Source of the DNA: Mobula birostris
Taxonomy: Eukaryota
Length of the DNA stretch: 64,000 nt
Assembly: GCF_030028105.1 (NCBI RefSeq)
Contig: NC_092377.1
Coordinates: 33,290,782 to 33,354,781, forward strand
Direction: 5' to 3'
The translations under genes and the position numbers were made by a program. The notes beneath the pieces were generated by a model, which did not search any database, was not told the DNA's origin, and saw only the letters and a program-made list of their open reading frames with translations. The stretch's first letter is position 1. The number at the start of each line of letters is the position of its first letter. Below, piece after piece: positions 12,351 to 24,900 of this stretch.

Positions 12351-14166
12351 CTCTTACCATCAGTAGCTTCACTGGAACAACTGCAGTGGTTGAAGAAAGT
12401 GTGTCAAGGGCAATTTGTTATGGGCATAAATGCTGACCCTGCCAACAATGCCCGCAAACTAAGAAAAATAATACAAAAAAAAGTGCCCTGCCTCTTTCAA
12501 ATGTTATGTGTATATACACATAGTCTGTTCTTGTGCACCCTTTAAAGTTGTCACCATTTGGTCCATATTATTTCTCATTGTTCTTTTTGCCAAACTCCTC
12601 TCTGCATTGAATTTCACCTGCCATTTGTTGTACAGTCTGCCAGATTAGCAAGGTCCTCTTTCAGCCTATTACCCTGATCTCTGTTGACTACACTTTCCAA
12701 GTTTGTGTGACCTCCAAATATGGACATGTTACCCTGCCCTCCCATGATTACACCTGACATAGGACCCACAATATGTACCTTTGACTTGCATGGAAATTAT
12801 AGGGTTGCAAGGAAGAAAGGTCTTTTTTTTATTTGTGGTGGATTGATATTGCTAATTAAAATGTTGAGTTGAAAGACTACTTAATTAAAAAGGAATTTAA
12901 TTATCTATCTTATTTTTAATAGTCTTTAAATGGTTCTGAATGTCAGAGACATGCGGAAACATTTAAAGTTCCTTTCAGCTTTGACAGATGACCAAGTTGG
13001 GGTGTGATTTTGCTGGCTGTCAAATGCTTCCAGAGGAATTTATGAGCGGGGCTTGTTCTGGCCCCCACAACACTCCATTGCATCGAATGAGCCCATGCAT
13101 CCACTCGAGATACTGTCGCGTGACTCCAGGACAACGTGGCCAATCAAGGTCAGTCTTTCTGATCTGGCTACGGTAAGTTCAGGTGAGTGGTGACAGTGGG
13201 TGGCAATGTAACTTGGTGGCAGTAAGATCTGGACCTTTGTCTCAGTGAATGAATCCTGATGTAATTAGTTCACATTGTGAGTGTTCCTCCTACTCCTGTG
13301 GAAATTCATTGTCATGACATTGTGCAGATTGATACTGCTCTAAATGCTAGACGGTGCCTTCTACCTAATTTTGTTTTTGCTATTATAATAACTGCATTAA
13401 AATGTGAAAAATATTGTAGCATTCAAGTTTCTTTCATGGTGTCACAATGAAACTTAAATAATTTAATGTTCTGCTCATAAACTTATCTTCTCTTAGTTCT
13501 TGGCTCCTGTTACTGCACTGATTCCAGCAGAACACTATTTCTCAAGTAATTCACCACGTGTAACTGTAGGTTCTAACAGAATATGGTCAAGACTGAGGAT
13601 GCTAGATATTTTCTTCTGCTAAATCCATGTGCAAAGAACCTTGTCAGTAATTGGTTAGTCTAGCAAATACTATATATCGGTTTTACCTGGCACAGAGGAA
13701 CAAGTAACACTTCATACTGTATATATAAGCAAAATCTAAAAGTCTCATCATTTCTCTCAAGAATTGTCAAGAGACTTATTTTCATTCTCCCCCTACTTGT
13801 TGCTGAGTAGTTTCTTTGAATATTTTTTTTATTTGTATCAAACATATTTTTATCCAATTTCACACCAACATATTTGGAAGTTATTTTAAAAACTATTAAA
13901 AGCAGGGGATATCCATTTTGATCAATTGTTTTGTCATCAATCTACACTTAATCATCATCAGAATGATGGAAGACATCAAAAATAATTCTGATCTCTCCCT
14001 AAAATATGAGCTGACTTCCAGGGGCCAGATGACTTAAATTGCTGTGGGATTAAGAAGCTCCAGTAAAATTGAGGAGAATAAGAAACAAGAGGAGAACTCT
14101 CCGCTGGCTGATGCCATATCTGTTGGCAAGGGGGATAGAAGGGAATGTTTGTTGGAGGCTCTAGAA

Positions 14167-14233
14167 CAGGGTTTCCCAACTCCTTTTATGTCATGGACCG
14201 ATACCATTAAGCAAGACATCCATGGAACCACTG
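14167..14233. mobile_element. hAT (Charlie-type) MITE, internally deleted
   Basis: CAGGGTTTCCCAAC...GGAACCACTG termini; flanks CTCTAGAA / CTCTAGTG fit the NTCTAGAN target preference. Same family as 47763-47845. Confidence 0.8.
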
Positions 14234-14591
14234 CTCTAGTGCCATTCTGCAGTGGGTTTTCTGGGCCCAAAGACATTGCCTTCTCCACATTATAAGTTTG
14301 AAATGAAGATGCTGTCTTATGAATTAATAGTGTTCAGTCTGATTTGCAATGCCCCATAAAATGAAGCGGTCTATGCCCACCTGCATCAAGGCTGAGAAAC
14401 TTCAGATGGAGATAATGAGTTGCAAATAACATTGAGTCATGAATGTGCCAGATACTGATCATCTCCAACAAGTCTAAGATGTCAACTTTATTTGACAAAT
14501 TCTGCTGCACATTCTTGACTGAGAACTGAGCAGCCACAAAAATACTTGCGTCACATTGTCAGGTCAGACAGTGGCTGTATATTCTGTGATA

Positions 14592-15107
14592 TTGGAGTGC
14601 TTCCACATAAGCTGCCAACAGCGCATCCTGGGAATTATCTGGCGTGAGCAGGTGCCTCACACTGAAATACTTGTAAAGACCAACTGCAGAAGAATTGAGG
14701 CCGGGATCACCCAGCGCCAGCTGCAGTGGCTGGGGCACGTGATAAGTATGCCCCCATGTCGGCTACCTTGCAGAGTATTATACGGCCAGCTACATCATGG
14801 TTGACGCTCAGCTGGAGGGCTGAAGAAGCGCTATGTGGATCAGATGAAGAATGCTTTCAGGAAGTGCAAGATCAGACCCGAGGACCTGGAGGATGTTGCT
14901 GCTGACCGTACCACTTGGCGACAGCTATGTAGGGACGGGGTTCGTATTTGGAGATGGGAGAAATGCAGCCATGGTTGCCGCCACCACCACATATACATGT
15001 CCCACCTGCAATAGAGCTTGTGGGTCCAGGATAGGACTTTATAGTCATCAAAGGTCTCACCGTTAAAGGAGTGGACGTCGTCATCGGATTTCGATGGACA
15101 ACCGAAG
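14592..15107 (+). mobile_element. 5'-truncated RTE-clade LINE with C-terminal C2H2 zinc finger
   Basis: Peptides QRQLQWLGHVISMP..RLPCRVLYGQL and CPTCNRACGSRIGLYSHQRSH. Perfect 11-bp TSD ATTCTGTGATA (14581-14591 / 15108-15118). Confidence 0.92.
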
Positions 15108-15221
15108 ATTCTGTGATAAGTGACACTTCTTAACTTCCTGTACCCTGTCCATTATTTACAAGACACAAGTCAAGAATGTGAATGAATTCTCTCCACTTTG
15201 ACTCAACAAATGCAGCTTCAA

Positions 15222-16200
15222 CAATCAGGATCAGAATCAGGTTTAATATCATCGCACATGTTGTGAAATTTGTTAACTGTTTCTGAATTGCTGAGTGTGT
15301 GCCTTCAGGCTTCTGTACTCTTTTTCCTGATGGTAACAATGAGAAGAGGGTACGTCTTGATTGATAGGGGTCCCTAATAATGGATGCCACTTTTCTGAGG
15401 CACCATTCCTTGAAGATATCTTGGATACTATGGAGGCTAGTACCCATGATGGAGCTGACTAGTTTTACAACTTTTTGTAGCTTCTTTTGATCCTGTGCAG
15501 TAGCCCACTCACTCCCAGACCAGACATTGATGCAGCCTGTCAGAATGCTCTCCATGGTATGCTTATAGAAGATTTTGAATGTTTTGGATGTTAAAACAAT
15601 TCTCTTCAAATTTCCAATGAAATATAGCCACTGCGTGCCTTCTTTATAGCTACATCGATATGGTGGGACCAGGTTAGAACCTCAGAGATCTTGACACCCA
15701 GGAACTTGAAACTGATCTTTCCACCTCAGATCACTCTATGAGGATTGGTTCACATTCCCTCATCTTACCCTTTCTGATGTCCACAATCAGCTCCTTGGTC
15801 TTACTGACATAGAGTACAAGGTTGTTGCTGTGACAGTATTCAACTAGTGGGTATATCTTGCTCCTGTATGCTCTTTCATCTCCATCTGAGATTCTGCCAA
15901 CACTGATTGTATCACCATCAAATTTATTGATAGCATTTGAACTGTGCCTAGCCACAGAGTGATGGGTTACAGAGGGTAGAGCTGTGGGCTAAGTGCACAT
16001 CCCTGAGGTGTGCCAGAGTTGATCTTCAGCGAGGAGGACATACTTATTATCAATCTGTACAGATTGTGATCTTCCAGTTAGGAAGTCAAGGATCCAGTTG
16101 CAGAGGGTTCTACAGAGGCCCAGTTTCTGTAGCTTGTCGATCAGTACTGTAGGAATGATGGTGTTAAACACTGAGCGGTAGTCAATGAACAGCACTCTGA
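15222..16200 (-). mobile_element. Rex-Babar LINE 3' fragment
   Basis: [21 protein letters not shown] (decayed FADDT), SKTKELIVD, ESILTGCI; (TCTGAT)n-type tail at the left end. Confidence 0.88.
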
Positions 16201-16204
16201 CAAG

Positions 16205-16268
16205 GAGCTGGGCACCTTACCCAATTTCCCTCGGGATCAATAAAGTATATCTATCTATCTACCTACCT
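16205..16268 (+). mobile_element. 3' tip of an (ATCT)n-tailed Rex-Babar family
   Basis: aatttccctcgggatcaataaagtatatctatctatct matches the reverse complement of about 59881-59927. Confidence 0.75.
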
Positions 16269-16377
16269 TATAAAATAAAACTATGAAGTTGATTGACACT
16301 TGTTAACCTGAAAGCTGTGTACCATTCCCACTCATGGAGTATGGCTGCTCCTTGTGGCAACAGCAAACTTCTCTTTC

Positions 16378-17250
16378 AAGTTTCAGGATTCATTTCTTAT
16401 TAAAGAATGTATAGATCATACAACTTTAAGATTTGCTTGTTCACAGTAGACAAAAGCAAGAAAGCTGAAAGAACCCAGTTAATGAAAAAATAAAAGACCA
16501 ACACTCAGTGCACAAGAGAAGGAAAAAAATAAGTAAAAATCATGCAAACAAGAGCAACATTCCAAACCAAAATTGAGTCCTCAGATCTGAACCGCGGAGC
16601 AACCAGGAGTAGGCCAAAGCCTCGCTTATCAGTTCATTGTATTAGCAGGCATGGAGCACAGCAGCTGGGGCAATCTTGATAGCCTCAGCACCATGCAGAG
16701 TGGAGTGACCATCACGGAGAGCATGTGAAATCAGCTCTCGGGTCTCAGATCCCGACACCCTGTCTTTTCATTCTATCTGGGCCGACATTTAAATGGAACA
16801 GCGAAAGGCTCTGTGCCCTAGATAGAGGAGAGAACATCACAGAGAGCGAGTGAAATGGGCTCTGGCCTCCGATCTGGGCTGGCATTTAAATTGTCTAAAC
16901 AGTGAATTGTATCTCGCACTAGGACCCGGCAACTGCAAAGGATTCAGGGCCTACACCACACCACCCAGCGACTTGCACCGGGCCAAGATTCCATTACCCA
17001 GCCCGAAGCCGCTCTCAAGCTCTTCAAATCAGCTCGGCACCCAGATCAATCCAACTTCACACCTGGGCCAGTTGTACAGGCACTGAATCTTCTCAGCCCG
17101 GGCCCCAACTTCTTCCGGCACCCAGAGTGATCCAGCCTTGCTCCCGGGCCCGTTGTACAGGCATTGGAACTCCTAAGGTTTCTTTGCCAACACCTCCCAT
17201 ACAGAACTTCTATCTCCAAGAAAGACAACAACATTATCTTTAAATTCCTC
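16378..17250 (-). mobile_element. Unclassified non-autonomous interspersed repeat with internal direct repeats
   Basis: GC/CpG-rich body with an A-rich end, similar in architecture to 19617-20235. Internal repeats gggcc(a/c)gttgtacaggca at about 17064 and 17146, and catcac(g/a)gagagc..gtgaaat at about 16710 and 16836. Confidence 0.45.
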
Positions 17251-18108
17251 TCGAATAACCAACAGCATCCTAACTTTGACATATCCTGAGGCGGCTCAGG
17301 TTCAGAAATGTGTTACGTTACAGTACACTAGTGTCTTCTGCATGTGACTTTCTGACCTTTTCTCAAAGCCAGTTAAGAAGGGCATTAAATGCTGGTCTTG
17401 GTGATGATATTAATGTCTATTGAGTGAATAATATAGAGGCAAATGGAGAAGAAATGTTATATCAATGCATTGACTTAATCCGGCAAGGATACCTTTCTCA
17501 GCAAAACACAAACTGTCGGAGGCACTTAGTGAGCAAAGCAGCACGTGTGGAGACAGAGATCCTTGATGTTTTGGGTCATGGCCCTGCGTCAGGTCAGGAC
17601 TAAGAGTGTAGAAGAGAGAGAGTCAAATGAAGGGAGTAGAGGGGTCGTGTGTGGAGTTGTAGGAGCTGGCAGGTGATAGGTGGAACCAGGTGAAGAGGGT
17701 GATGATGGGCAGAGGGAGCCGGGAAAAGAGAGGGAAGGATGGAGATAATCGGAGGCTGGAACTTGTTGAATGGGTCCAACAAAGGTGGGGAATTCCAAAA
17801 TTATGGGATCTAATAAGGAAGGAGGTGATAAATTGAATGAGATCAGGGGGGAATAATGGGCAGATGCAGCCAGTAGGAGAGAGGATTGGAGACCCACTGG
17901 TTTAAGTGTGTGGGAGATGAACAGATACAACTTGGTGGGAGTGGAGAAGTAAGTTGGGTGGCAGGTGGGCTTTGGGAGTTAATGGAAAAAAAGAAGGGAT
18001 TTGAGAAAAGCTGAGAGAGAAATGAATGTAGATGGTGTAAAATACAAAGTTCAGCCCATTGGGTAGTCAGCAACTCAAGCAGAATATGATGTACCCATTG
18101 AATGTTTA

Positions 18109-19040
18109 CACAAAATACTCTGCAGATGCTGGGGTCAAAGCAACACTCACAAATGCTAGAGGAACTTAACAGGTCGGGCAGCATCCGTGGAAACGATCAG
18201 TCAACGTTTTGGGCTGGAACCCTTCATCAGGACTGAGGAGGGAAGGGGCAGAGGCCCTATAAAGAAGGTGGGGGGAGGGTAGGAGGAGAAGGCTGGTAGG
18301 TGACAGGGGAAAGATAAAGGGGTGGGGGAGGGGAAGCAGGGAGGAGATAGGCAGGAAAGGTGGAGAAGGAATAGGGGAAAGCACAATAGGTAGTAGGAGG
18401 CGGAAGCATGAGGGAGGTGATAGGCAGCTGGGGGAGGGGGCAGAGTGAAACTGGGATGGGGGAGAGGGGAGGGGGAAGGAATTACTGGAAGTTGGAGAAT
18501 TCAATGTTCATACCAAGGGGCTGGAGACTACCCAGACAGTATATGAGGCGTTACTGCTCCAACCTGAGTTTAGCCTCATCATGGCAGTAGAGGAGGCCAT
18601 GTATGGACATATCCAAATGGGAACATGAAGCAGAGTTGAAGTGGGTGGCAACCAGGAGATCCTGTCTGTTGTGGCGGACGGAGTGGAGGTGCTCGACGAA
18701 GTGGTCCCCCAATCTGTGTTGGGTTTCACCGATGTAGAGGAGGCCGCACCAGGAGCACCAGATGACACAAATGTGAAGTGTTGCCTCACCTGGAAGGACT
18801 GTTTGGGGCCCTGAATGGTGACAAGAGAGGAGGTGAGGGACAGGTGTAGCACTTACGCTTACAGGATAAGTGCCAGGTGGGAGATCCGTAGGGAGGGACG
18901 TGTGGACCAGGGAGTCGCAGAGGGAATGATCCCTGCGGAAAGCGGAGATGGGTGGAGAGGGAAAGATGTGCTTAGTGGTGGGGTCCTGTTGAAGGTGCGG
19001 AGGATAATGTGCTGGATCCAGAGGCTGGTGGGGTGGTAGG
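18109..19040 (-). mobile_element. Penelope-like element 3' fragment: GIY-YIG endonuclease remnant, 3' UTR and hammerhead
   Basis: Minus-strand peptide TIQGPKQSFQVRQHFT...WCSWCGLLYIGETQHRLGDHFVEHLH...VATHFNS...GMNIEFSNFQ* (stop 18482-18484; the GIY part is deleted). 10-bp TSD TGAATGTTTA (18099-18108 / 19041-19050). Confidence 0.92.
18198..18235 (-). ncRNA. Minimal type I hammerhead ribozyme, decayed (G12->A)
   Basis: CAGTC-CTGATGA-A-GGG-TTCCAG-CCC-AAAA-CGTT-GACTG. Perfect 5-bp stem I; both deviations from consensus are CpG-type transitions. Confidence 0.75.
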
Positions 19041-19616
19041 TGAATGTTTAAATTTTAGGTGACCATAACCATCTGTGTTCATTTCTCTCCTGATCCACCC
19101 AGATTCTCTCAAATGCTTCCCACTCCTTTCTAAGTGCTCTTCTGCCCCAAAGATCCTATATGACCATCTGCCATCCCTTATGGGGTTCCATATCAGATTC
19201 CAGAATCTGAAGCCCTTTGATCTCCGCACTTAATTACCATCCAGTTACTTCCATTCTTACCCACTCTCCTCCTGGCTCCATCTATCCATCAGCCTCCTTG
19301 TCACCTGGTTCCACCAATTGCCTTCCAGCTCCCACCTCACGCTTTCTCCTTATTTCTTTATACTACCTAGGGGTACTACTAATGTGTACCCCTTTACTTC
19401 CCTCTGCTTTCACAGATACTGTTTGACCCACTGATTTCTTTCAGAAATTTGGCTTTTGCTCCAAATTCCCAGCATCTGTAGCCTCTTGTACGTTCATGCT
19501 TTCTACAGGATAGTTGAGAAAAGAAATTCAGCAGATTCCTGTACTTATAATTAGAGATGGTGTAGAAAGCTGCTAAACTATAATTTTTCTCCAAATTTCT
19601 CCAAATTCAGGGATTT

Positions 19617-20235
19617 TTTTTAGATTATGAAGACACTCAGTCCTCTTTTATTGTCATTTAGAAATGATACAATATTTCCTCCGGTGTGATATCACAAAAC
19701 ACAGGACAGTCCAAGACTGAAATAAAAACTAACAAAACCACATAATTATAACATATAGTTACAACAGTGCAACAATACCATAACTTGCTGAAGAAGTCCA
19801 TGAGCACAGTAAAAGTTCAAAGTCACTCAAATGTCCCACATCTCACGCAGACGGAGAGAAGGAAGAAAAACTCTCCCTGCCATACCCGACCACAGTCCGA
19901 CTCTGAGTCATCCGAACACTTCAAGCTTTGATCAGCTCTCTGACACCGAGTGCTGAGCACCATCTCTATCTGAACGATTCGACCTCCTTCTCGGGCGCCA
20001 AAAGCAGACAAGGCCGGGGATCTTGAGGCCTTCCCTCCGAAAGGTTCCCGACCGTGCAGTAATGACAACAGCGAACGAGCGTTTCAGAAATGTTTCCAGA
20101 TGTTCCTCTGTGCTTTCATGTCCGTCTCCATCAAATCAGAATTGTCCACGGCCCCTATTTAACAGAGACGATATCATTTTTCATCGGAGGGCTGCGCACA
20201 CACGGCGTGCTGCTCTCTCTCCTCCCGCCTCTCTT
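19617..20235 (-). mobile_element. Non-autonomous about 0.6-kb retroposon (copy 1)
   Basis: Homologous to 23875-24541 at both ends; 3' end AATAAAAGAGGACTGAGTGTCTTCATAATCTAAAA. TSD GATTT (19612-19616 / 20236-20240). Confidence 0.85.
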
Positions 20236-20575
20236 GATTTGGAGAGGAGTTCATAAGCATTCTCAAAAAAAGGAAGTTCTTCAGGATTAGAACATGTCAT
20301 GTACTTAAGAAGCAGCTTCACTCTTTGGAACAAGAAGATTATATCAGAAAGAACAAAATGATTAAGATGCATACAGGAATTTAAAAGAAACTTTGCACTG
20401 CAAAAAGCAGTAAAAAGGGCTAGAGAGAAGCTGGCAGTCATCAAAAACAAAGTGCAGAAAGGCTATTGGAAACTTTACGGTGAATAGTCAGATTTTACTC
20501 GGAATACCATATTCAGTTTTAAGACCTCTATTTTATAAAATGTGTACAGGCCATGTGGGGTGCAAATAATGATGT

Positions 20576-21018
20576 CATTATCATCATCAGGTGCCATGCC
20601 CAGTTTGAGCTTTGACTACCATGGCGCACACACTCCTGTTTTGGGTCAAGTGGATCAATTCATTGGTATTCATTTCCAGTTCTCTGGCTGCTGTCTCCAT
20701 CATCATTTGTCTTTGCCTTCCTCTTGCTTTCTTCCCTTCAATCTTTACCATAATTACCATGCATTCTAACTCCTCCTTCCTAATCACATGTCCAATGAAG
20801 TTACGTTGCGTTTTCATGATCTCATACATTACTTCTCTTTTGTGTGCTTGCTCTGTTCATGACATCCTCGTTAGATATTCGTTTCGTCCATATATTCTTT
20901 GCATCCTCCTCAAAAACCACATTTCTGCTGCTACAATTTGTTTCCTCATGTTACTAGATATTGTCCAACATTCTGAGCCATATAACATAACTGGATAAAC
21001 GTAACAAAATAAATAAAT
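20576..21018 (-). mobile_element. 5'-truncated RTE (BovB-like) LINE with (GAT)n tail
   Basis: Peptide FIGHVIRKEELEC..KIEGKKARGRQR and tail TGATGATGATAATG. 12-bp TSD AAATAATGATGT (20564-20575 / 21019-21030). Confidence 0.92.
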
Positions 21019-21364
21019 AAATAATGATGTACCAGAACGATAATCTGTGATGAAAGTACTTAGCTGTTATGAGAAAGACATACACTCAGGCTACGTTCTT
21101 CAGTTGTGATGATTTTAAGAGCTAATCCGATTGTGGTAAAGGGATTTAGTGGTATAGACATCCTTTCCTCTATAATGAGGGAATCTAGAACAAGGTTACT
21201 TAATCTTTAAAGTCGTTTTTTGGTAGGAACAGGAAGAATATCTTCATGCAGTGGCTGTGGAAATACAGTGTGCAGGACAAAAATCAAGTTTTTAAAATAG
21301 AAGCAGCTGCTTATTTACAAAATACAATTATTGAAACACCCAGGCCAAAAAAACAATGGAATAC

Positions 21365-21890
21365 ACCATTGAGTGTCCTGACCAGCTGCATCACTGTCTG
21401 GTATGGGAATTGCAAGGCATTTGACCGTGGGTCCCTCTGAAGGATTCTGAAGACTGCTGAGAGGATCATCGGGGTCTCTCTTCCACCCATCAGAGATATT
21501 TATCAGGGCCCTTAGCATGGTCAATGATCTTTCCCATCTATCCGACAATCTTTTTGACCTCCTACCATCAGTCAGGAGGTTCCATGGCATCAGGACAAGA
21601 ACTGTTAGGATGAGAAACAGCATCTTCCCCCAGGTCGTAAGACTACTGAGCTCCTGCCACCACCTGGATTTCATCATGCATGAAGTGCTAGTAGTGTTAT
21701 ACTGTTTAATTTGTGTTGTAAATGCACCTTATTATTTGTTAATTTACTAGTGGTAACATTACTTCATGTGTTATGTAGGTGAGTTATATGTACTGTTTTG
21801 TATACCTTGGTCTGGGGAAACATTTATTCATTTGGTGGTATACATGTGTATGGTTGAATGACAGTAAACTGAACTTGATCTTGAACTTGC
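21365..21890 (+). mobile_element. Rex-Babar LINE 3' fragment
   Basis: SVLTSCITVWYGNC, LFDLLPS..RTVRMRNSIFPQVVRLL; (AACTTG)n-type tail. Confidence 0.85.
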
Positions 21891-22014
21891 ACTACTGACT
21901 AAAAGTGCAGGAGATGGAGCAAATATTTTTTGTTGTTTTTGCTCGTGATGCTTACGTACCAAAAACGTGAAGAGGACATAGATTTCTTCCTTTCTTCGAA
22001 CAGATGGTCAATCT

Positions 22015-22320
22015 TAAGACCATAAGACAGAGGAGCAGAATTAAGCTACTCAGCCCATCGAGTCTGCTCCACTATTCAATCATGGCCAATTTATTTTCCC
22101 TCTAAACCCCATTCTTCTGTCTTCTCTCCATAACCTTTGACGCCCTTACTAATCAAGAACCTATCAACCTCTGCTATAAGTATACCCAATGACTTGGCCT
22201 CCACAGCCATCTGTGGCAATGAATTCCACAGATTCACCGCCCTCTGGCTAAAGAGTTTCTCTGTTTTAAAGGAATGTTCTTCTATTCTGAGACTGTGTCC
22301 ACTGGTCCGAGGTCACCCTC
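22015..22320 (-). mobile_element. CR1 3' tail fragment
   Basis: taagaccataagacagaggagcagaatta..., the same tail as at 52944 and 38735. Confidence 0.8.
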
Positions 22321-22989
22321 CATTGTGGCATTGTGGCACCCTCCCCGCAACATCTGTCCAGTTTAGATGTGAGCAGTGTCTCAACAGTACATTCACTCTC
22401 CTCTATAAGCACCACGTTTCTATTCACTCACCATTCCAGATCATTACAAATCCTCTGCATGAATGCATGCAGTGGCTGTCCTTAGCACTCATTTCCTTAC
22501 CACCTAGATCTTTTCTTTGATCTCGATGTTAATGGTTGATAAAGACTGTCTTTAATCCAGTGTCCTTCCTCTCCCTTTTAAAACTCTCATTATCATTCTC
22601 CTTCTGAAAATCCTGTTCCTCTACCAGTCAAATCTTTCCCACTCCTGCACTAGGTCTATGTACATTTTGCAAGAGTGCACTTCATTCTCTCCCAGCTCTT
22701 ATGTTCGCCTTTTGCAAATTTTAGTACTGAGGCTCCCTCCTTGTATCTTCAGTTCCTTTGACAGCCACAACAACCCTTGCTGGACAAAAGCGAGGCCTCT
22801 AATAATGTTGCAGATCCATTTTCCTGGTTCTGCATCCTCCATTTCTCTGGCTGAGATTAGACTGCTCTCTAAATGGGGAGCAGATTCAGTAAATTGGAGA
22901 TGGAAGTTGACTTGGGAAGTCTTAGTGTAGGATTCCTTAAAAGTTAACTTGTCAGGAACCATAAAGGTGGCTTGACCCAAGCACAGAAG

Positions 22990-23662
22990 AGAGGAGTTGG
23001 TTGTAAGGGAAGCAACTGGAATGTTAGCATTCATTTCGAGAAGGCTGGAATATAAAAGCAGAGGTGTAATGCTGAGGCTTTATAAAGCATAGGCCAAACC
23101 ACATTTGGAGTATTGTAAACAATTTTGAGCCCCTTATCTCAGAAAGGATGTGCTGGTATTGGATGGTTCAGAGCAGGTTCACAAGAATGATCCCAGGGAT
23201 GAAAGCATTAATGTATGAGTAGCATTTGATGGCTCTTGGCTTGGACTTGCTGAAGTTTCAAAGAACAAATGGGGATCTCATTGAAACCTATTGACTATTG
23301 AAAGGACTAGATAGAAAGGACATAGAGAGGATGTTTCTATTAGTGGGAGGATCTGGGACCAGAGGCCACAGCTTCTGAATACAAGGACATCCCTTTAGAA
23401 CAGAGGCAAGAAGGTATTTCTTTAGCCAGAATGTGTTGAGTCAGTGGAATTAATTGCCATAGACGGCAGCGGAGGCCAGGTCATTGGATATATTTAAAGC
23501 GGAGGTTGATAGATTCTTGATTACTAAGGGGGTCAAACATTATGGGGAGAAGGCAGGAAAATGGTGTTGAGAAGGATAATAAATTAGCCATGATGGAATG
23601 TCAGAAACAGACTCAATGGGCTGAATGGCATTGATTCCGCCCCCATGTCTTATTATCTTATA
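22990..23662 (+). mobile_element. CR1 LINE 3' fragment
   Basis: MLAFISRRLEYKS..PHLEYC..F(W)APYLRKDV motif, ending in ...atgtcttattatcttatag. Confidence 0.85.
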
Positions 23663-23874
23663 GTTTTCTCCTCTCATCCCCTTACATACTATTTGAGTAT
23701 GTTATATAGAATTGCAATGAAAACATCTTCTGTTTGAAAAGAGTATGAAAAATATATGGCACTCGCCAAAGATTTTGAATAGTGAAGTGGATTCATGAGT
23801 TATGCTGCTCAGCTCTTTGAAGGAGTTCTTCAGCACTGCTGTACAATGTGATAATAACTTTATCTCAGTACTAT

Positions 23875-24541
23875 CTCAGGAGGAGGAGAAGATGGCGGCG
23901 TGACGCAGCGCGCGCGGCCTCTCCGGTGATTGATATCTGTAATCTGTCAAGTAGGGGACCGTGCACAATTCTGATTTGATGGAGACAGACGTGAGAGTAC
24001 GGAGGAACATCTGGAGAAACTTCTGAAAAGCCCGCTTTGCTGCCGCTGCTACTGTGTGGTAATCGGAATCTCCGGAGCAGAAGGCCCCGAAGCATCGACT
24101 TTGCCTATTTCGGTGGCCAGGGCTAGGTCGAAGGCGCTCGGCAGAGGATGGCACTCGGGAGGCTGTATCAGAGGGGTTGGTCGGAGGCTCGAAGTTTTCC
24201 GATGGACGGACTTGGTGTCGGCTGCTTCCAAGGCATCGGCAGTTGTTGGTGCCTGGAGGTTTATGGCAGGGAGTTTCTCCCTTTTGCCGCCTGCTCTCGG
24301 GGACTCGGGAGTTGATCGGGACTTGACACTTCTTTACCGTGCCGATGCTCTGTTCTTTATCAAATTATGGTATTGTTTTGTACTGCTGTAACTATATGTT
24401 ATAATTATGTGGTTCTGTCAGTGTTAGTCTTTGGTTTGTCCTGTTTTCTGTGATATCACTCTGGAGGAACATTGTATCATTTCTTAATGCATGTATGTAT
24501 TTCTAAATGATAATAAAAGAGGACTGAGTATTCTCATAATC
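23875..24541 (+). mobile_element. Non-autonomous about 0.67-kb retroposon (copy 2)
   Basis: Starts ctcaggaggaggagAAGATGGCGGCG, CpG-rich, ends AATAAAAGAGGACTGAGTATTCTCATAATC. TSD TACTAT (23869-23874 / 24542-24547). Confidence 0.85.
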
Positions 24542-24900
24542 TACTATATTCCTTTTCTCTCCTCATAATCCTTAATGCTTTTTGTATCCAGAAGTCCAGC
24601 CATCAATTGCTTGTCCCTACAAATGTCTATAGCAGTGAGTTCCACACTTTCAATACTCACTTGGTGGAGATATTTCTCTCTCAGTCCTAAGTGTATTTGC
24701 TTGCACTCTGGTTATGAACTTTCCAGCTGGGGAGCATCCAACCATTCAGAATTTCAGAATTTTCCTAACATTTTCTGAATTGCAGTGAATACAGTCAGTC
24801 CCTGTTCACATGATGGTCCAGTTAATCAGTCTGTGTTCCCGTCATAGGAAGTATATCTTTTCTCAGGTCAGGAAACCAAAACTGCACACTATATTCCAGA

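Larger units (their letters stand above)
17500..19495. mobile_element. Old inverted Penelope-like remnant hosting a younger copy
   Basis: Minus arm about 17500-18098 (decayed hammerhead CTGACGC..AAAACATC, purine-rich UTR). Plus arm about 19051-19495 (pyrimidine-rich UTR and family tail ...cccagcatctgtag). Confidence 0.65.

Noticed and set aside
18240-18480. G-rich tract with G-quadruplex potential
   Set aside because: It is the complement of the pyrimidine-rich Penelope 3' UTR, seen also at 3600-3900 and 17610-18000; there is no locus-specific evidence.
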